From contig JAPLES010000009.1 in assembly GCA_026391075.1 (NCBI GenBank), positions 32,828-96,827 on the forward strand: 64,000 nucleotides of DNA, read 5' to 3'. Of this stretch, positions 29,355 through 39,313 are shown piece by piece (position 1 is the first letter of the stretch; the number at the start of each line of letters is the position of its first letter). The position numbers were made by a program, and so were the translations under genes. The notes under the pieces are model-generated. The model did no database searches. It saw only the letters and a program-made list of their open reading frames with translations, and was not told the origin of the DNA. The stretch comes from Bacteroidota bacterium. GTDB lineage: Bacteria; Bacteroidota; Bacteroidia; Chitinophagales; LD1.

Positions 29355-30416
29355 CTATTGCTTTTCAAATTGAGTTTTCAAAAACAATTTCAGAGAATCG
29401 GCATAAGCACGATGACCGCGATTATTCAGGTGTGCATCCGGATATTCGGTAAAGTTTGAAATGCTATTCTGAATAGTAAGCCAATTGTTTTCCAAATCAT
29501 CATCTTTCAATAAATCCGCATAGCGGCTTTTGTATTTTTCCAAATTCATACTGGCTTCATTTCTTGCCGGTATTAAAACAAACTCAGCCGGCACTTTATT
29601 TTCTTCCGCTATTCGTTTTATACCACGTAAATATTTTTTAGTGATATGCGAGTTGGTTAGGGTTCTCTCGTAGATCAGCTTTTCGTCTAGTCTAAACTTA
29701 TAGGAGTAAAGCCGCGAAAGCAAAGCACTCTTCGAAACAATTAGCTCCAATAAATTTTGTGGCTGCCGCAAAAAATATTTTCCGTTCACACAGTAGTCGT
29801 AAGCTTCTTGTGCGGTGTGAAAATGCTTGCCATCAATATCTGCAAGAATAGCTCCCGCATTGGTCATAAAATAAAGGGGTTCATTCCCCAAAATGTTTCT
29901 GTCGATACGCATCAGATCATTATCCATGAAAAAGACAACAAAAACAAAATCGGGTTTTAATATGGGAACATATTTTTTTGCCAACTCAAAATACTGCGGT
30001 GGGTCGGTGGCAGGTATGCCAAGGTTAATGATTTCGTAATTTGTTTCGCGCTCTAGAATATCTGCAAAGCAACTGTCGAGAGGATGAGCGCTTAATCCCC
30101 AGGTAAAACTATCGCCAATGAACAATATTTTTTTCTTAGTCGAATCAAGATCAGAAAAATTTTTGGTGCGAAAACCTTCACGATTTACTACTACGTGTTG
30201 TAATCGCAGGGAAGCGGCATCTGCCACTAAAATTCCTTCGCTGTTCGTTACAAAATTGGAAATGAGGTAAAGCGAATCAACCGGTTGAAAGTTCATCCAG
30301 TTGGGTTTTAAATCTCCCGGTTGGTAACCTATGACCCGCAAATAAAATTCGATGGCGAGAAAAGCAATGAGCAAAAACGAAAATTGAAACAGGAATATTT
30401 TTTTCCATTCTGTCAT
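29355..30416 (-). CDS. membrane-anchored SGNH/GDSL-like hydrolase
   Basis: N-terminal TM helix, block I FIGDSFTWG, and a C-terminal DAHLNNRGH (block V-like). Confidence 0.6.
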   Translation of the reverse strand: MTEWKKIFLFQFSFLLIAFLAIEFYLRVIGYQPGDLKPNWMNFQPVDSLYLISNFVTNSEGILVADAASLRLQHVVVNREGFRTKNFSDLDSTKKKILFIGDSFTWGLSAHPLDSCFADILERETNYEIINLGIPATDPPQYFELAKKYVPILKPDFVFVVFFMDNDLMRIDRNILGNEPLYFMTNAGAILADIDGKHFHTAQEAYDYCVNGKYFLRQPQNLLELIVSKSALLSRLYSYKFRLDEKLIYERTLTNSHITKKYLRGIKRIAEENKVPAEFVLIPARNEASMNLEKYKSRYADLLKDDDLENNWLTIQNSISNFTEYPDAHLNNRGHRAYADSLKLFLKTQFEKQ

Positions 30417-30426
30417 CTCAAACTAT

Positions 30427-30870
30427 TTATTTCAGTTTGATTTTATCGCGCACGATAAATGCACCGGGGTATAAAGGTGTGATGCGCTGTAAAAAATAGG
30501 TGGCTTCTAAGCGGGAAGAAAAGTCGCCCATGCGCAGTTTGAAATAGGGCTGTTCATACTCTACATACGAAGCAAGTTCCGAAAACTCTTTATACATAGT
30601 CCCTTTGCTTTTGTAAACCTCATCGCGAATGTCGGTGTACATAATTTGTATGCGATAGCCATCGGTAAATTCTTTTCTGCGGTTATACTCCTTGTATTTG
30701 TAAAGCAGTTCAGAAGTTTTTACATCCTGCTTTACAGAAAAATTTTTGTTCGCTGAAATTGCTGAACTGTCCTGTGAGTAAGAGGCAGCGCATGACAAAC
30801 AACAGGCAACAGAAAGAAAAATCAGTCTGTATAAATTTTGAAACTTGAAATTGAAATTTGAAACTTTCAT
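30427..30870 (-). CDS. SPOR-domain protein
   Basis: C-terminal YRIQIMYT...YFKLRMGDFSSRLEATYFLQRI resembles a SPOR fold. The ATG at 30870 overlaps the deoC stop (ATGA). Confidence 0.65.
   Translation of the reverse strand: MKVSNFNFKFQNLYRLIFLSVACCLSCAASYSQDSSAISANKNFSVKQDVKTSELLYKYKEYNRRKEFTDGYRIQIMYTDIRDEVYKSKGTMYKEFSELASYVEYEQPYFKLRMGDFSSRLEATYFLQRITPLYPGAFIVRDKIKLK
30836..30865. repeat. imperfect 6-7-nt tandem repeat (ttttgaa acttgaa attgaaa tttgaaa) in the first codons of the SPOR gene
   Basis: TTGAA recurs at spacings of 7, 6 and 7 nt. On the minus strand it encodes MKVSNFNFKFQN. Confidence 0.6.
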
Positions 30871-31514
30871 TCTGCAACAATACTTACACTTGCCGAACAT
30901 CCCAAACGGTCTGCCCCGGCTTCGATTAATTCTAAAGCAAATTCTTTTGTTCTGATTCCTCCGCTGGCTTTTATTTTAATGGTTTTAGGAAGGTTGGCTC
31001 TTAACAATTTTACTGCTTCTACCGTTGCTCCCGGCTGAATAAATCCCGTAGATGTTTTTACAAAATCAACGGTCATCTCTTTACACAATTCACAGGCTTT
31101 AATAATTTCTGCTTCGCTGAGTAAGCCTGTTTCTAAAATCACTTTCAGTTTTCCTCCGCGCAGTTGAACAATAGTTGCCGCACTCGTCAATTCATTTTTT
31201 AGATAATTCCAATCGCCAGCTTTCAGTGCAATTAAATTTATAACCATATCAATTTCATCAGCCCCTTCATCAATAGCTCTTCGCGCTTCTTCTACTTTGG
31301 CTGGTGTATGAGAATAGCCCAATGGAAACCCAACCACCGTTGCTACTTTTACTTTGGAATCGCTGAGCCACAATTTACTTTTACGAACAAAATACGGGGG
31401 AATGCAAACCGCGGCAAAACCAAACTCCATTGCTTCGGCACAAATTTTTTTCACCTCCTTTTCAGAAGCATCTGCTTTTAAAAGTGTGTGGTCAATCTTA
31501 GACGCGAGATTCAT
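30867..31514 (-). CDS. deoC: deoxyribose-phosphate aldolase
   Basis: IDHTLLK, VCIPP, the Schiff-base region DFVKTSTGF, and KASGGIR. ATG at 31514 (MNLASKIDHTLL). Confidence 0.92.
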   Translation of the reverse strand: MNLASKIDHTLLKADASEKEVKKICAEAMEFGFAAVCIPPYFVRKSKLWLSDSKVKVATVVGFPLGYSHTPAKVEEARRAIDEGADEIDMVINLIALKAGDWNYLKNELTSAATIVQLRGGKLKVILETGLLSEAEIIKACELCKEMTVDFVKTSTGFIQPGATVEAVKLLRANLPKTIKIKASGGIRTKEFALELIEAGADRLGCSASVSIVAE

Positions 31515-31559
31515 CGATTGAAAATAAAAAAATAGGGACAACTCTGTTTAGCACAGGAA

Positions 31560-33011
31560 TTATTTCTGTTTTAGCTTTTCTTCCATCCAATTTAAATACT
31601 CAAACTGTTCCTCGTTTATTTTCTGCAAATCATCTTTCGAAATTTTTTGAATCGAACTTTTTAAATCCTGAAATATTTTTTGTGTTTCCTTTTTGTCCGC
31701 TGCTTTTATCAAATGGCGAAACCCATTCAATAAAACTTTATCAAACTCATCACCCAGATTTCTTTTGGCAAGATAACGTTGTGTGTTGGTGATTTTGTAA
31801 TCGAGTAATTCGAAATTTTTTAATTCATAATGTGCTAACAGTTCGAGCAGGCGGGCGTATCGGTTTATTTGTTGGCGTTCATCTGTGCGTTCGTGATTTA
31901 AAATTTTGTTGAGCCAGTCAATGGCTTTGCCAAAATCTTTCTTTCGGAAATACGCCACGGCTACGTTGAAGTAAGTATCCATTTCACGCACCAGTGTAAT
32001 GTCGCCTTCATGCTTACGCAAATTTTCTTCAATGTATTTAACGTGTTGCTCCAAATCAGAATAATCTTGTTTTACTTTACAATACAACAAGCCAAAGGTT
32101 GAACGTTGTTCAAATTTTAATCCTTCAAATCCTTGTACTTGCGTATGAGCATTTTGCATTTCGCGATAAGCAAATTCAAATTCACTTGCATCGGGAATAT
32201 TATAAGCCAGTGAAACCAAATTGCCGATTAAAAGTAATTGTGTTTTGGGTTTTGTTTTAATCAGCACGTTGTTCTGACTGGTTAACTCAAACTGTTTTTT
32301 CTTTGCCAAATATGATTCGCGAAAATTTCCCATCAGGTAGTGATAAACAAAGAACACATTTCGCAAGGCATACAATTCATCGGGCAAACCGTAAAGTGCT
32401 TCTTCTTTTAAAAGCGGATTCTGCATCAAGGTTTCTATCCGTTCGTTTTCCGATTTAATATTGTGTCCGCGGTTAGTAGCTATCAATATCAGCTCTCCAT
32501 AAATTTGATTGAGATAAGTGATGTTGGAAATAATTTTGATGAGCCGCAATCTTTCTTCATACAATTTTTCATTGCTTCTTATGCCCGAATTATTGAACTG
32601 CATTTCGAAACTTAAAATTTCTAACAGGCGAGGAAACTGTTCGTATTCGTAGCAAAACGCTTTCAGTTTAGGCAATTGTTTTTCTACCGCACTTATCAAG
32701 CCTTTTTCATAAAGCAATTTCAAATTTTGCAAGCGTTCATAGCTTACATCATCCATCAATTTTCCCGAGTTAAAATTTCGGAGCGCACGAAAAATGGCTT
32801 CTTCTAAATATTTTTTAGCCGCAGAAAAATTATTGGTAAATGCTTCGTGTTTAAATTTTTTCTTCAGCTTCTCTTCGTCATATTCTGGTTGGTCGTTAAT
32901 GGCATCAAATAATTTTACATAGTTCTGTCCACCGCTAAATTCTTTGAAATATTTTTTCTCGGTTTTAGAAAGCGAATGAATCAACTGATGCAACAAGTCA
33001 GAATGCGCCAT
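31560..33011 (-). CDS. all-alpha TPR-like hypothetical protein (possible paralogue of 23684..25066)
   Basis: 483 aa, helical, TPR-like segments (AVAYFRKKDFGKAIDWLNKIL). Divergent from the collagen-like fibre gene. Confidence 0.55.
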   Translation of the reverse strand: MAHSDLLHQLIHSLSKTEKKYFKEFSGGQNYVKLFDAINDQPEYDEEKLKKKFKHEAFTNNFSAAKKYLEEAIFRALRNFNSGKLMDDVSYERLQNLKLLYEKGLISAVEKQLPKLKAFCYEYEQFPRLLEILSFEMQFNNSGIRSNEKLYEERLRLIKIISNITYLNQIYGELILIATNRGHNIKSENERIETLMQNPLLKEEALYGLPDELYALRNVFFVYHYLMGNFRESYLAKKKQFELTSQNNVLIKTKPKTQLLLIGNLVSLAYNIPDASEFEFAYREMQNAHTQVQGFEGLKFEQRSTFGLLYCKVKQDYSDLEQHVKYIEENLRKHEGDITLVREMDTYFNVAVAYFRKKDFGKAIDWLNKILNHERTDERQQINRYARLLELLAHYELKNFELLDYKITNTQRYLAKRNLGDEFDKVLLNGFRHLIKAADKKETQKIFQDLKSSIQKISKDDLQKINEEQFEYLNWMEEKLKQK

Positions 33012-33194
33012 AGAAACCTAAATATAAGCAAGGTTTGCAGAGTTGATGAAATGCAACGTGGATAAGAGTTTCAGCTTTCTTGCACAGCTTCCTTATGCTG
33101 TTAACAGACCTAAATCCAAGCTACACTTTGATGAAATAAAAGAAACAAGAAGCCTGTCTTTCGCCTTATCAATAAAAACTAAAAACAAGAAAGC

Positions 33195-36023
33195 ATGAAA
33201 AATTTCTACCAACAAAACCGTTTAACGAAAATGTATTCCTGCTTTCTTTTAATAGCTGGGTCTTGTTTCTTAGTGCTATACTCTTCTGCACAAGCACCTG
33301 AGGAATTCAACTATCAAGCCATAGCGCGAAATGCCACTGGTGCAGTATTGCAAAATCAAAATATCGGTTTACGTTTTAGCATTCACGATGGGTCTGATGT
33401 AGGAGCTATTGTTTATCAGGAAACGAAAACGAAAACTACGAATCAGTTGGGATTGTTTTCGCATTCCGTTGGAGGTGGAACGGTGGTGCAAGGAAATTTT
33501 TCAAGTATTGATTGGGGCAACGGAGCAAAATATTTAGAAGTAGAAATGGATGCCACCGGTGGAACGAATTATACAAGCATGGGTAATTCGCAACTGTTGA
33601 GTGTGCCTTATGCTTTGTATGCGGCTTCATCGCCAACTGTAGGCGCAACCGGACCAACCGGTGCAACCGGTGTAGCAGGAAATATTGGTGCCACTGGTGC
33701 GCAGGGCAATCAAGGAACACAAGGCGCACAAGGCGCGCAAGGCGTTCAGGGAAATCAAGGTGTGCAAGGCACACAGGGTGTTACTGGTTTGCAAGGCTCA
33801 CAAGGTTCGCAAGGTGCACAAGGTAATAATGGGGTAACGGGGTCAACCGGTTCAGTAGGCGCAACAGGCAGTGGTGGCGGTGCTACAGGACCAACAGGAC
33901 CAACCGGTTCAAACGGAGTAACAGGCAGTGGTGGTGGTGCAACGGGTCCAACAGGACCAACCGGTTTGAAAGGCACCACCGGCTCAACAGGAAGTAATGG
34001 AACTACCGGTGCGCAGGGAACACAAGGTACACAAGGCGCGCAAGGTGTGCAGGGAGTTGCGGGTTCACAAGGAGTGCAAGGACCACAAGGTGCGCAAGGT
34101 AGTGCAGGTGTAGCAGGAGCCACCGGTGCAAAAGGAGCAACAGGTTCTACTGGAGCAAACGGTGCTACCGGTAGTAAAGGTTCCACCGGCTCAACGGGTG
34201 TTACAGGTGCAGGAACCATAGGGGCAACAGGAGCCACCGGTGCTACGGGAGCAGGAGGTGTGGGGAGCATTAGTGGAACTACAAATTATGTAGTGAAGTT
34301 TACAGCCGCAACCACAGGTGGCAACTCTCAAATTTTTGATAACGGAACTAATGTAGGTATTAACAATGCTACGCCTACTGCTAAATTGCATATAACTGGT
34401 AGTGCTAACACGGTGCAACTTATGGTGAAGGCAAGTGCCACACAAACAAGTTTGTATCCGCTTATTAAACTTCAAAAATCGGATGGCACAGATTTGATGT
34501 GGCTCAATTCTGATGAAGCAACAAATACGTTTGTTGGCTATAGTGCCGGCAGAGTAAATGATGCGATTGGTGGAGCAACGAGCAATACTTTTATTGGTAA
34601 AAGTTCAGGCTATTCAAATACTTTAGGAAACAACAACACAGGCACGGGAACTAATGCGCTGCGCGATAACACTACCGGAAACTACAATACCGCCATAGGG
34701 GCAAATGCGCTTAATACCAACATTACCGGAAGCCGAAATGTAGCCACCGGCAATGGCGCGCTTGGAGCAAACGACAATGGCGATAACAACACTGCCATTG
34801 GATATAATGTGCTTAATGCAAACACCTCCGGCTCTTCGAATGCTGCTATTGGTTACCAAACATTGCTGGTGAATACTACTGGTGCAAGCAATTGCGCTAT
34901 GGGATTTTGGGCGCTTTATTCCAACATTGATGGTGATTATAATATTGCCATTGGAGCCAATGCCCTTCATTCTAACACAGCTGGCGATAACAATATCGGC
35001 ATTGGACTTCGCTCACTTAACGACAACACCACGGGCAGCTACAATATTTCTATAGGCTATGAGGCGCTTAATAAAAATCTTTCGGGCTACAACAATATTG
35101 GCATCGGCTACCAGGCACTTTACAAAAACACCACAGGCTACTACAATTCGGCTACCGGAGAGCAAGCGCTGTATTCCAACACAACCGGCTATAGAAATAC
35201 TGCCACCGGTTATCAGGCACTTTATCATAACACTACAGATTTTGAAAATACTGCCACTGGATATTTGGCACTTTATACCAATACAGGATTTCAGAATACT
35301 GCCTTTGGAGCTTACGCGCTTCATGATAACAGCGATGGGTACAGCAACACGGCAGTAGGAAAAGATGCCTTACAGAATAACATATCAGGCGACCATAATG
35401 TGGCAATAGGATTTGGTGCAGGCACCAACCAAATTACCGGAGGCGATTGCACTTTTTTGGGATATTCTGCTGACCAAACCGGTTCTACCTTTACCAACGC
35501 AACGGCTATTGGCTACTTCGCTTCGGTAAACGCAAGTAATGAAGTGCGCATTGGAAATTCATCTATCACAGAAATTGGTGGATACGTTGGCTGGACAAAT
35601 GTGAGCGATGGGCGTTACAAGAAAAATATTTCGGACAATGAGTTTGGCTTAAACTTTATTACAAAACTGAGACCGGTTACTTATAATTTGGAAGTGAACA
35701 AATTAGCCGCTCATTTAAAAGAAGATGAACACCGGAATAGCAATGGAGTTAAAGAATATGTAGCACCAAATGCTATCACTAAACAATCGCGCGATGACAA
35801 AGAAAAAATTCTATACACCGGTTTTATTGCACAGGAAGTAGAAGCTGCTGCAAAAGCAGTGGGCTATAATTTCAGTGGAGTTTCTACACCAAACAAGGAA
35901 GATGAGTTGTATGGGTTGCGCTATGCAGAATTTGTTGTGCCACTAGTAAAAGCTGTGCAGGAACTTTCTAAACAGAACGAAGAAATGAAGAAGGAAATAG
36001 AATTACTTAAGAAGAAGCAATAG
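33195..36023 (+). CDS. collagen-like / beta-helical repeat fibre protein with C-terminal S74-type intramolecular chaperone (tail-fibre) domain
   Basis: Signal peptide, about 200 aa of Gly-X-Y, about 25 repeats of NTA(I/T)G..AL..NT.G, then [12 protein letters not shown]...[10 protein letters not shown]...[19 protein letters not shown] and a terminal coiled coil. Confidence 0.85.
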   Translation: MKNFYQQNRLTKMYSCFLLIAGSCFLVLYSSAQAPEEFNYQAIARNATGAVLQNQNIGLRFSIHDGSDVGAIVYQETKTKTTNQLGLFSHSVGGGTVVQGNFSSIDWGNGAKYLEVEMDATGGTNYTSMGNSQLLSVPYALYAASSPTVGATGPTGATGVAGNIGATGAQGNQGTQGAQGAQGVQGNQGVQGTQGVTGLQGSQGSQGAQGNNGVTGSTGSVGATGSGGGATGPTGPTGSNGVTGSGGGATGPTGPTGLKGTTGSTGSNGTTGAQGTQGTQGAQGVQGVAGSQGVQGPQGAQGSAGVAGATGAKGATGSTGANGATGSKGSTGSTGVTGAGTIGATGATGATGAGGVGSISGTTNYVVKFTAATTGGNSQIFDNGTNVGINNATPTAKLHITGSANTVQLMVKASATQTSLYPLIKLQKSDGTDLMWLNSDEATNTFVGYSAGRVNDAIGGATSNTFIGKSSGYSNTLGNNNTGTGTNALRDNTTGNYNTAIGANALNTNITGSRNVATGNGALGANDNGDNNTAIGYNVLNANTSGSSNAAIGYQTLLVNTTGASNCAMGFWALYSNIDGDYNIAIGANALHSNTAGDNNIGIGLRSLNDNTTGSYNISIGYEALNKNLSGYNNIGIGYQALYKNTTGYYNSATGEQALYSNTTGYRNTATGYQALYHNTTDFENTATGYLALYTNTGFQNTAFGAYALHDNSDGYSNTAVGKDALQNNISGDHNVAIGFGAGTNQITGGDCTFLGYSADQTGSTFTNATAIGYFASVNASNEVRIGNSSITEIGGYVGWTNVSDGRYKKNISDNEFGLNFITKLRPVTYNLEVNKLAAHLKEDEHRNSNGVKEYVAPNAITKQSRDDKEKILYTGFIAQEVEAAAKAVGYNFSGVSTPNKEDELYGLRYAEFVVPLVKAVQELSKQNEEMKKEIELLKKKQ
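33642..34263 (+). repeat. collagen-like Gly-X-Y triplet array (coding) with an internal 57-nt tandem duplication
   Basis: Uninterrupted GXY from [10 protein letters not shown] to [22 protein letters not shown] occurs twice in tandem. Confidence 0.9.
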
Positions 36024-36127
36024 GTTCCGTTACTCAGGCAAAACACCCGGCAGATTAAATACAACACGAATTGCTTTTTAAAAATCAGACAATACAGTTC
36101 ATCATAAAAATTTTTAAAACTTAAACC

Positions 36128-39100
36128 ATGAAAAACCTCAACCCTCAAAAACCAAATTGGCATTTTGCATTTTTCCTGTCTTGTGTCTTAAGTCTATTGT
36201 CTTACGTCTCTTTTGCACAATCTATTTGCTTTGACCCCGCTGCCGACAACCGTTTCGAAAGCGGTATTTATCCGCAACAGGTAGCCAAAGCCGATTTTAA
36301 TAACGACACAAAACTAGATATTGCTGCTGCCAATTCTATTGGTGGCGGTGTGTCTGTGCTCTTCGGAAATGGCGATGGAACATTCGCCACGCCATTTGCA
36401 CTCACCACAAGTTCGACTTTTCCAGAGTGTATTGTAGCCGCTGATTTTAATAGCGATAACAAACCGGATATTATAGTGATGGAACGCGGAAGCAATCCCG
36501 AATTGGAGTTATATATCAATAACGGCAACGGAACTTTTGCATCAGCTATTCCGTTTTCGTTTAACGCAGGAGGCACTTCAGTTGAAATGCGCGGTGCAGA
36601 CTTTGACAATGACGGCAAAATTGATTTGGTAGTAAATAATTATGGCTTAAACAAACTGTATATTCTGAAAAACAACGCTAACAGCACACTTACTGTGTTA
36701 GATTCGCTGAATACAACCGGACAGCCAACTTACATAGCAGTTGGTGATTTAAATAATGATAACAGACCCGATATTGCAGTGGGTGGATTCTACTCTGCCC
36801 CGAATAACGATAGCATATACTATTACATCAACAATGGAAACGGAACTTTTAATACCGGTGGATATTTTGTACTTGGTATTACAGGTGCTTATTACCACGA
36901 CCTGGCAATTGGTGATATCAACAACGATAATTTCGGTGATTTAATTGTGGAAGGAGCGGCTGATATAAGAGTGTATCTGAACAACGGCTCTTTAGTTTTT
37001 GCACTGCAACCCATTGTTCAGGTGGGCGGTTACGCTTTTGAAATTCTTATTGCCGATGTAAATGGAGATACCAAAAAGGACATAATTGAGGTTGACCAAA
37101 GTGGTGGCACCGTGGTTGTAGCGCTCGGCAATAACAATGGCACCTTTCAACCTTATAATTCATACAGCACAAACGGAAAACCTTACCATGCCATGTTAGG
37201 CGATTTTGATGGCGACACCCGGAATGATTTGGTAAGTGCTTGCCGCGATAATTCATACATCACCATTTTAAAAGGAAATGCTGATGGTTCGTTTGGTTCG
37301 TATTCGTTGCGTACCGGATTGCACCCTGACGCTATTGCAACAGGTTTTGTAAACAACGATGCCTTTGAAGATTTGGTAACTGTGAATTCGCAAAGCAAAA
37401 GTATAAATACCATGCTCGGCAATGGTGACGGCACTTTCCAGCCTACTATTTTTGATTCGGTATGGATAGGTGCAGCTGATATAGTGCTGGGTGATTTTAA
37501 TAATGATACCAAAACCGATGCGGTGATGATAGGGCAAAACACAACAACTATTTTGTCGGGAGATAATACCGGTCACTTTACTATTGTAAGTGATTTAGTA
37601 TATGGCTTAAACGCCACGCAGGACAATAGTGGAGCAGTTGGCGATTTTAATCATGACAATAAATTAGATTTAGTGATTAGCGGTAGAGCCGATGATTCGG
37701 TTGCGGTGTTATTGGGCAACGGCAATTTCACTTTTGCTACTCCTTTAAAATATGGAGTAGGTGATTACCCTCGAAAGATTACAGCATTTCATATGAATGC
37801 TGATAACAATCTTGATTTGCTAGTGCCCAACGATTTAGGAAACAGCGTTTCGCTTTTGCTCGGAAACAGCAACGGAACTTTTCAGCCGGCTGTAACTATT
37901 TCTACCGGTGGCGGACCCAGAGCAATTGCCGCAGAAGATTTTAATAATGATGGCTTGCAGGATTTTGCGGCAACCTGTAGCAACGCATCAAGTATTGATG
38001 TGCACTTAGCTACCGCGCCCGGTGTGTTTGCAGCCCCGGTTTCCTATACCGTTGGTGCTAATGGTTCAGAATTTATTACTACTGCATTCATCAATGCTGA
38101 TACGCTGGTTGATTTAATTTTAACCAAGGATAATGCTAACCAAGTGGGTGTTTTTATAGGAAATGCAAATGGCACATTCCAAAACATGGTAACTTATTCG
38201 GTAGATAATGGGCCTTACGAATTAGTGAGTGCCGATTTCAATAACGATAATGTAGATGACATTGCTTCGGTAAACTATGGTGCAGGGAATGTTTCGGTTA
38301 TTCTGAACAACAGTGCATTTATTACTGCTTCCGGCAACACCGCAATTTGTACCGGTGATTCAGTACAGCTTACTGCCAGTGGAGGGTTCACTTATTTGTG
38401 GAGCACAGGTGCAACCACGCCATCTATTTATGTAAACAGTGCTGCTACTTATTCTTGCTCTGTAACCAATCAGGCAGGAACATGCACCGTTATTCCTCCA
38501 AGTGTAGCCGTTACAGTTTCGGGCAATACGCCAACAGTTACCTACGATATATCTAACAGTGACCGCTTTTGTATTTCCAGCGGAACACTCTCACTTGTGC
38601 TCACCGGTGGTTCGCCTCAAGGTGGAACCTACTCGGGAAGTTTTATAAACAATGGTGTTTTTAATTTAACTCAAGCAGGTGTAGGTGCACATTTAGTTAC
38701 CTATACTTATACAGACCCGGGAGGCTGCGGTACAGCGAGTGATAACGATTCACTTTTTATTGACAACGAAGTTTTAGCAAGCATCAATTTTCCTTCCGAT
38801 ACTTTTTGCGATAACGTAGGGCAAACTGTTTTGGCTCCTTTTGGTTCACCGGCAGGTGGAGCTTGGGGTGTAAACAACACCGTGATTACTACGGTTAATC
38901 CGTCACAGGCAGGGGTGGGAACTTATTTTATGCATTACGCTATTGTAGCGGGCGGTTGTAAAGACACAGCTTACGTAACTGCTGTAGTTGAACATTGCAC
39001 AGGTATAAATGAATTGGATGAAACGGTGCTGAATATTTATCCGAACCCGAGCAAAGGCACTTTTGTAATTTCTATTGCCAATGACCAGAAATTTTCATTG

Positions 39101-39250
39101 GTAAGAATTTTTGATGCCACCGGAAGAAAGCAAATGGAAAGCACATTAACCGACAACAAAATTTTGCTTAGTGAACTTGCTCGTGGAACGTATCTTGTGG
39201 AATTGAGTAACGAAAAAACAGTAGTGCGCAAACAGGTGGTAGTTCAATAA
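36128..39250 (+). CDS. FG-GAP/VCBS-repeat protein with Ig-like modules and T9SS C-terminal domain
   Basis: About 14 repeats of (A/G)DFN(N/G)D.K.D plus LLGNGNGTF, and C-terminal IYPNPSKGTFVISI...GTYLVEL. Confidence 0.85.
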   Translation: MKNLNPQKPNWHFAFFLSCVLSLLSYVSFAQSICFDPAADNRFESGIYPQQVAKADFNNDTKLDIAAANSIGGGVSVLFGNGDGTFATPFALTTSSTFPECIVAADFNSDNKPDIIVMERGSNPELELYINNGNGTFASAIPFSFNAGGTSVEMRGADFDNDGKIDLVVNNYGLNKLYILKNNANSTLTVLDSLNTTGQPTYIAVGDLNNDNRPDIAVGGFYSAPNNDSIYYYINNGNGTFNTGGYFVLGITGAYYHDLAIGDINNDNFGDLIVEGAADIRVYLNNGSLVFALQPIVQVGGYAFEILIADVNGDTKKDIIEVDQSGGTVVVALGNNNGTFQPYNSYSTNGKPYHAMLGDFDGDTRNDLVSACRDNSYITILKGNADGSFGSYSLRTGLHPDAIATGFVNNDAFEDLVTVNSQSKSINTMLGNGDGTFQPTIFDSVWIGAADIVLGDFNNDTKTDAVMIGQNTTTILSGDNTGHFTIVSDLVYGLNATQDNSGAVGDFNHDNKLDLVISGRADDSVAVLLGNGNFTFATPLKYGVGDYPRKITAFHMNADNNLDLLVPNDLGNSVSLLLGNSNGTFQPAVTISTGGGPRAIAAEDFNNDGLQDFAATCSNASSIDVHLATAPGVFAAPVSYTVGANGSEFITTAFINADTLVDLILTKDNANQVGVFIGNANGTFQNMVTYSVDNGPYELVSADFNNDNVDDIASVNYGAGNVSVILNNSAFITASGNTAICTGDSVQLTASGGFTYLWSTGATTPSIYVNSAATYSCSVTNQAGTCTVIPPSVAVTVSGNTPTVTYDISNSDRFCISSGTLSLVLTGGSPQGGTYSGSFINNGVFNLTQAGVGAHLVTYTYTDPGGCGTASDNDSLFIDNEVLASINFPSDTFCDNVGQTVLAPFGSPAGGAWGVNNTVITTVNPSQAGVGTYFMHYAIVAGGCKDTAYVTAVVEHCTGINELDETVLNIYPNPSKGTFVISIANDQKFSLVRIFDATGRKQMESTLTDNKILLSELARGTYLVELSNEKTVVRKQVVVQ

Positions 39251-39275
39251 AGGGGTTTTCATGCAGAAAGGTTTT

Positions 39276-39310
39276 TCCCGTCCCGATAAAATCAGGACGG
39301 GATTTTCTAT
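39276..39310. terminator. bidirectional terminator between the FG-GAP gene and secA
   Basis: tcccgtcc (39276-83) pairs with ggacggga (39295-302), then ttttctatt. The two genes are convergent. Confidence 0.6.
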
Positions 39311-39313
39311 TCT

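Noticed and set aside
33642-34263. A locally G+C-richer collagen-like segment as a sign of horizontal transfer
   Set aside because: The compositional shift is explained by the Gly (GGN), Ala and Thr codon content of the repeat itself. The flanks of the same gene have the usual composition.
33755-34270. 171-aa minus-strand ORF rich in PVAPVEP repeats
   Set aside because: It is the antisense shadow of the collagen-like Gly-X-Y array. GGN-rich triplets leave the complementary frame open. There is no independent start context.
33195-36023. The tail-fibre domain as evidence of a prophage
   Set aside because: The flanking genes are ordinary cellular genes (deoC, a TPR-like protein, an FG-GAP T9SS protein, secA). 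No structural or lysogeny genes are present.
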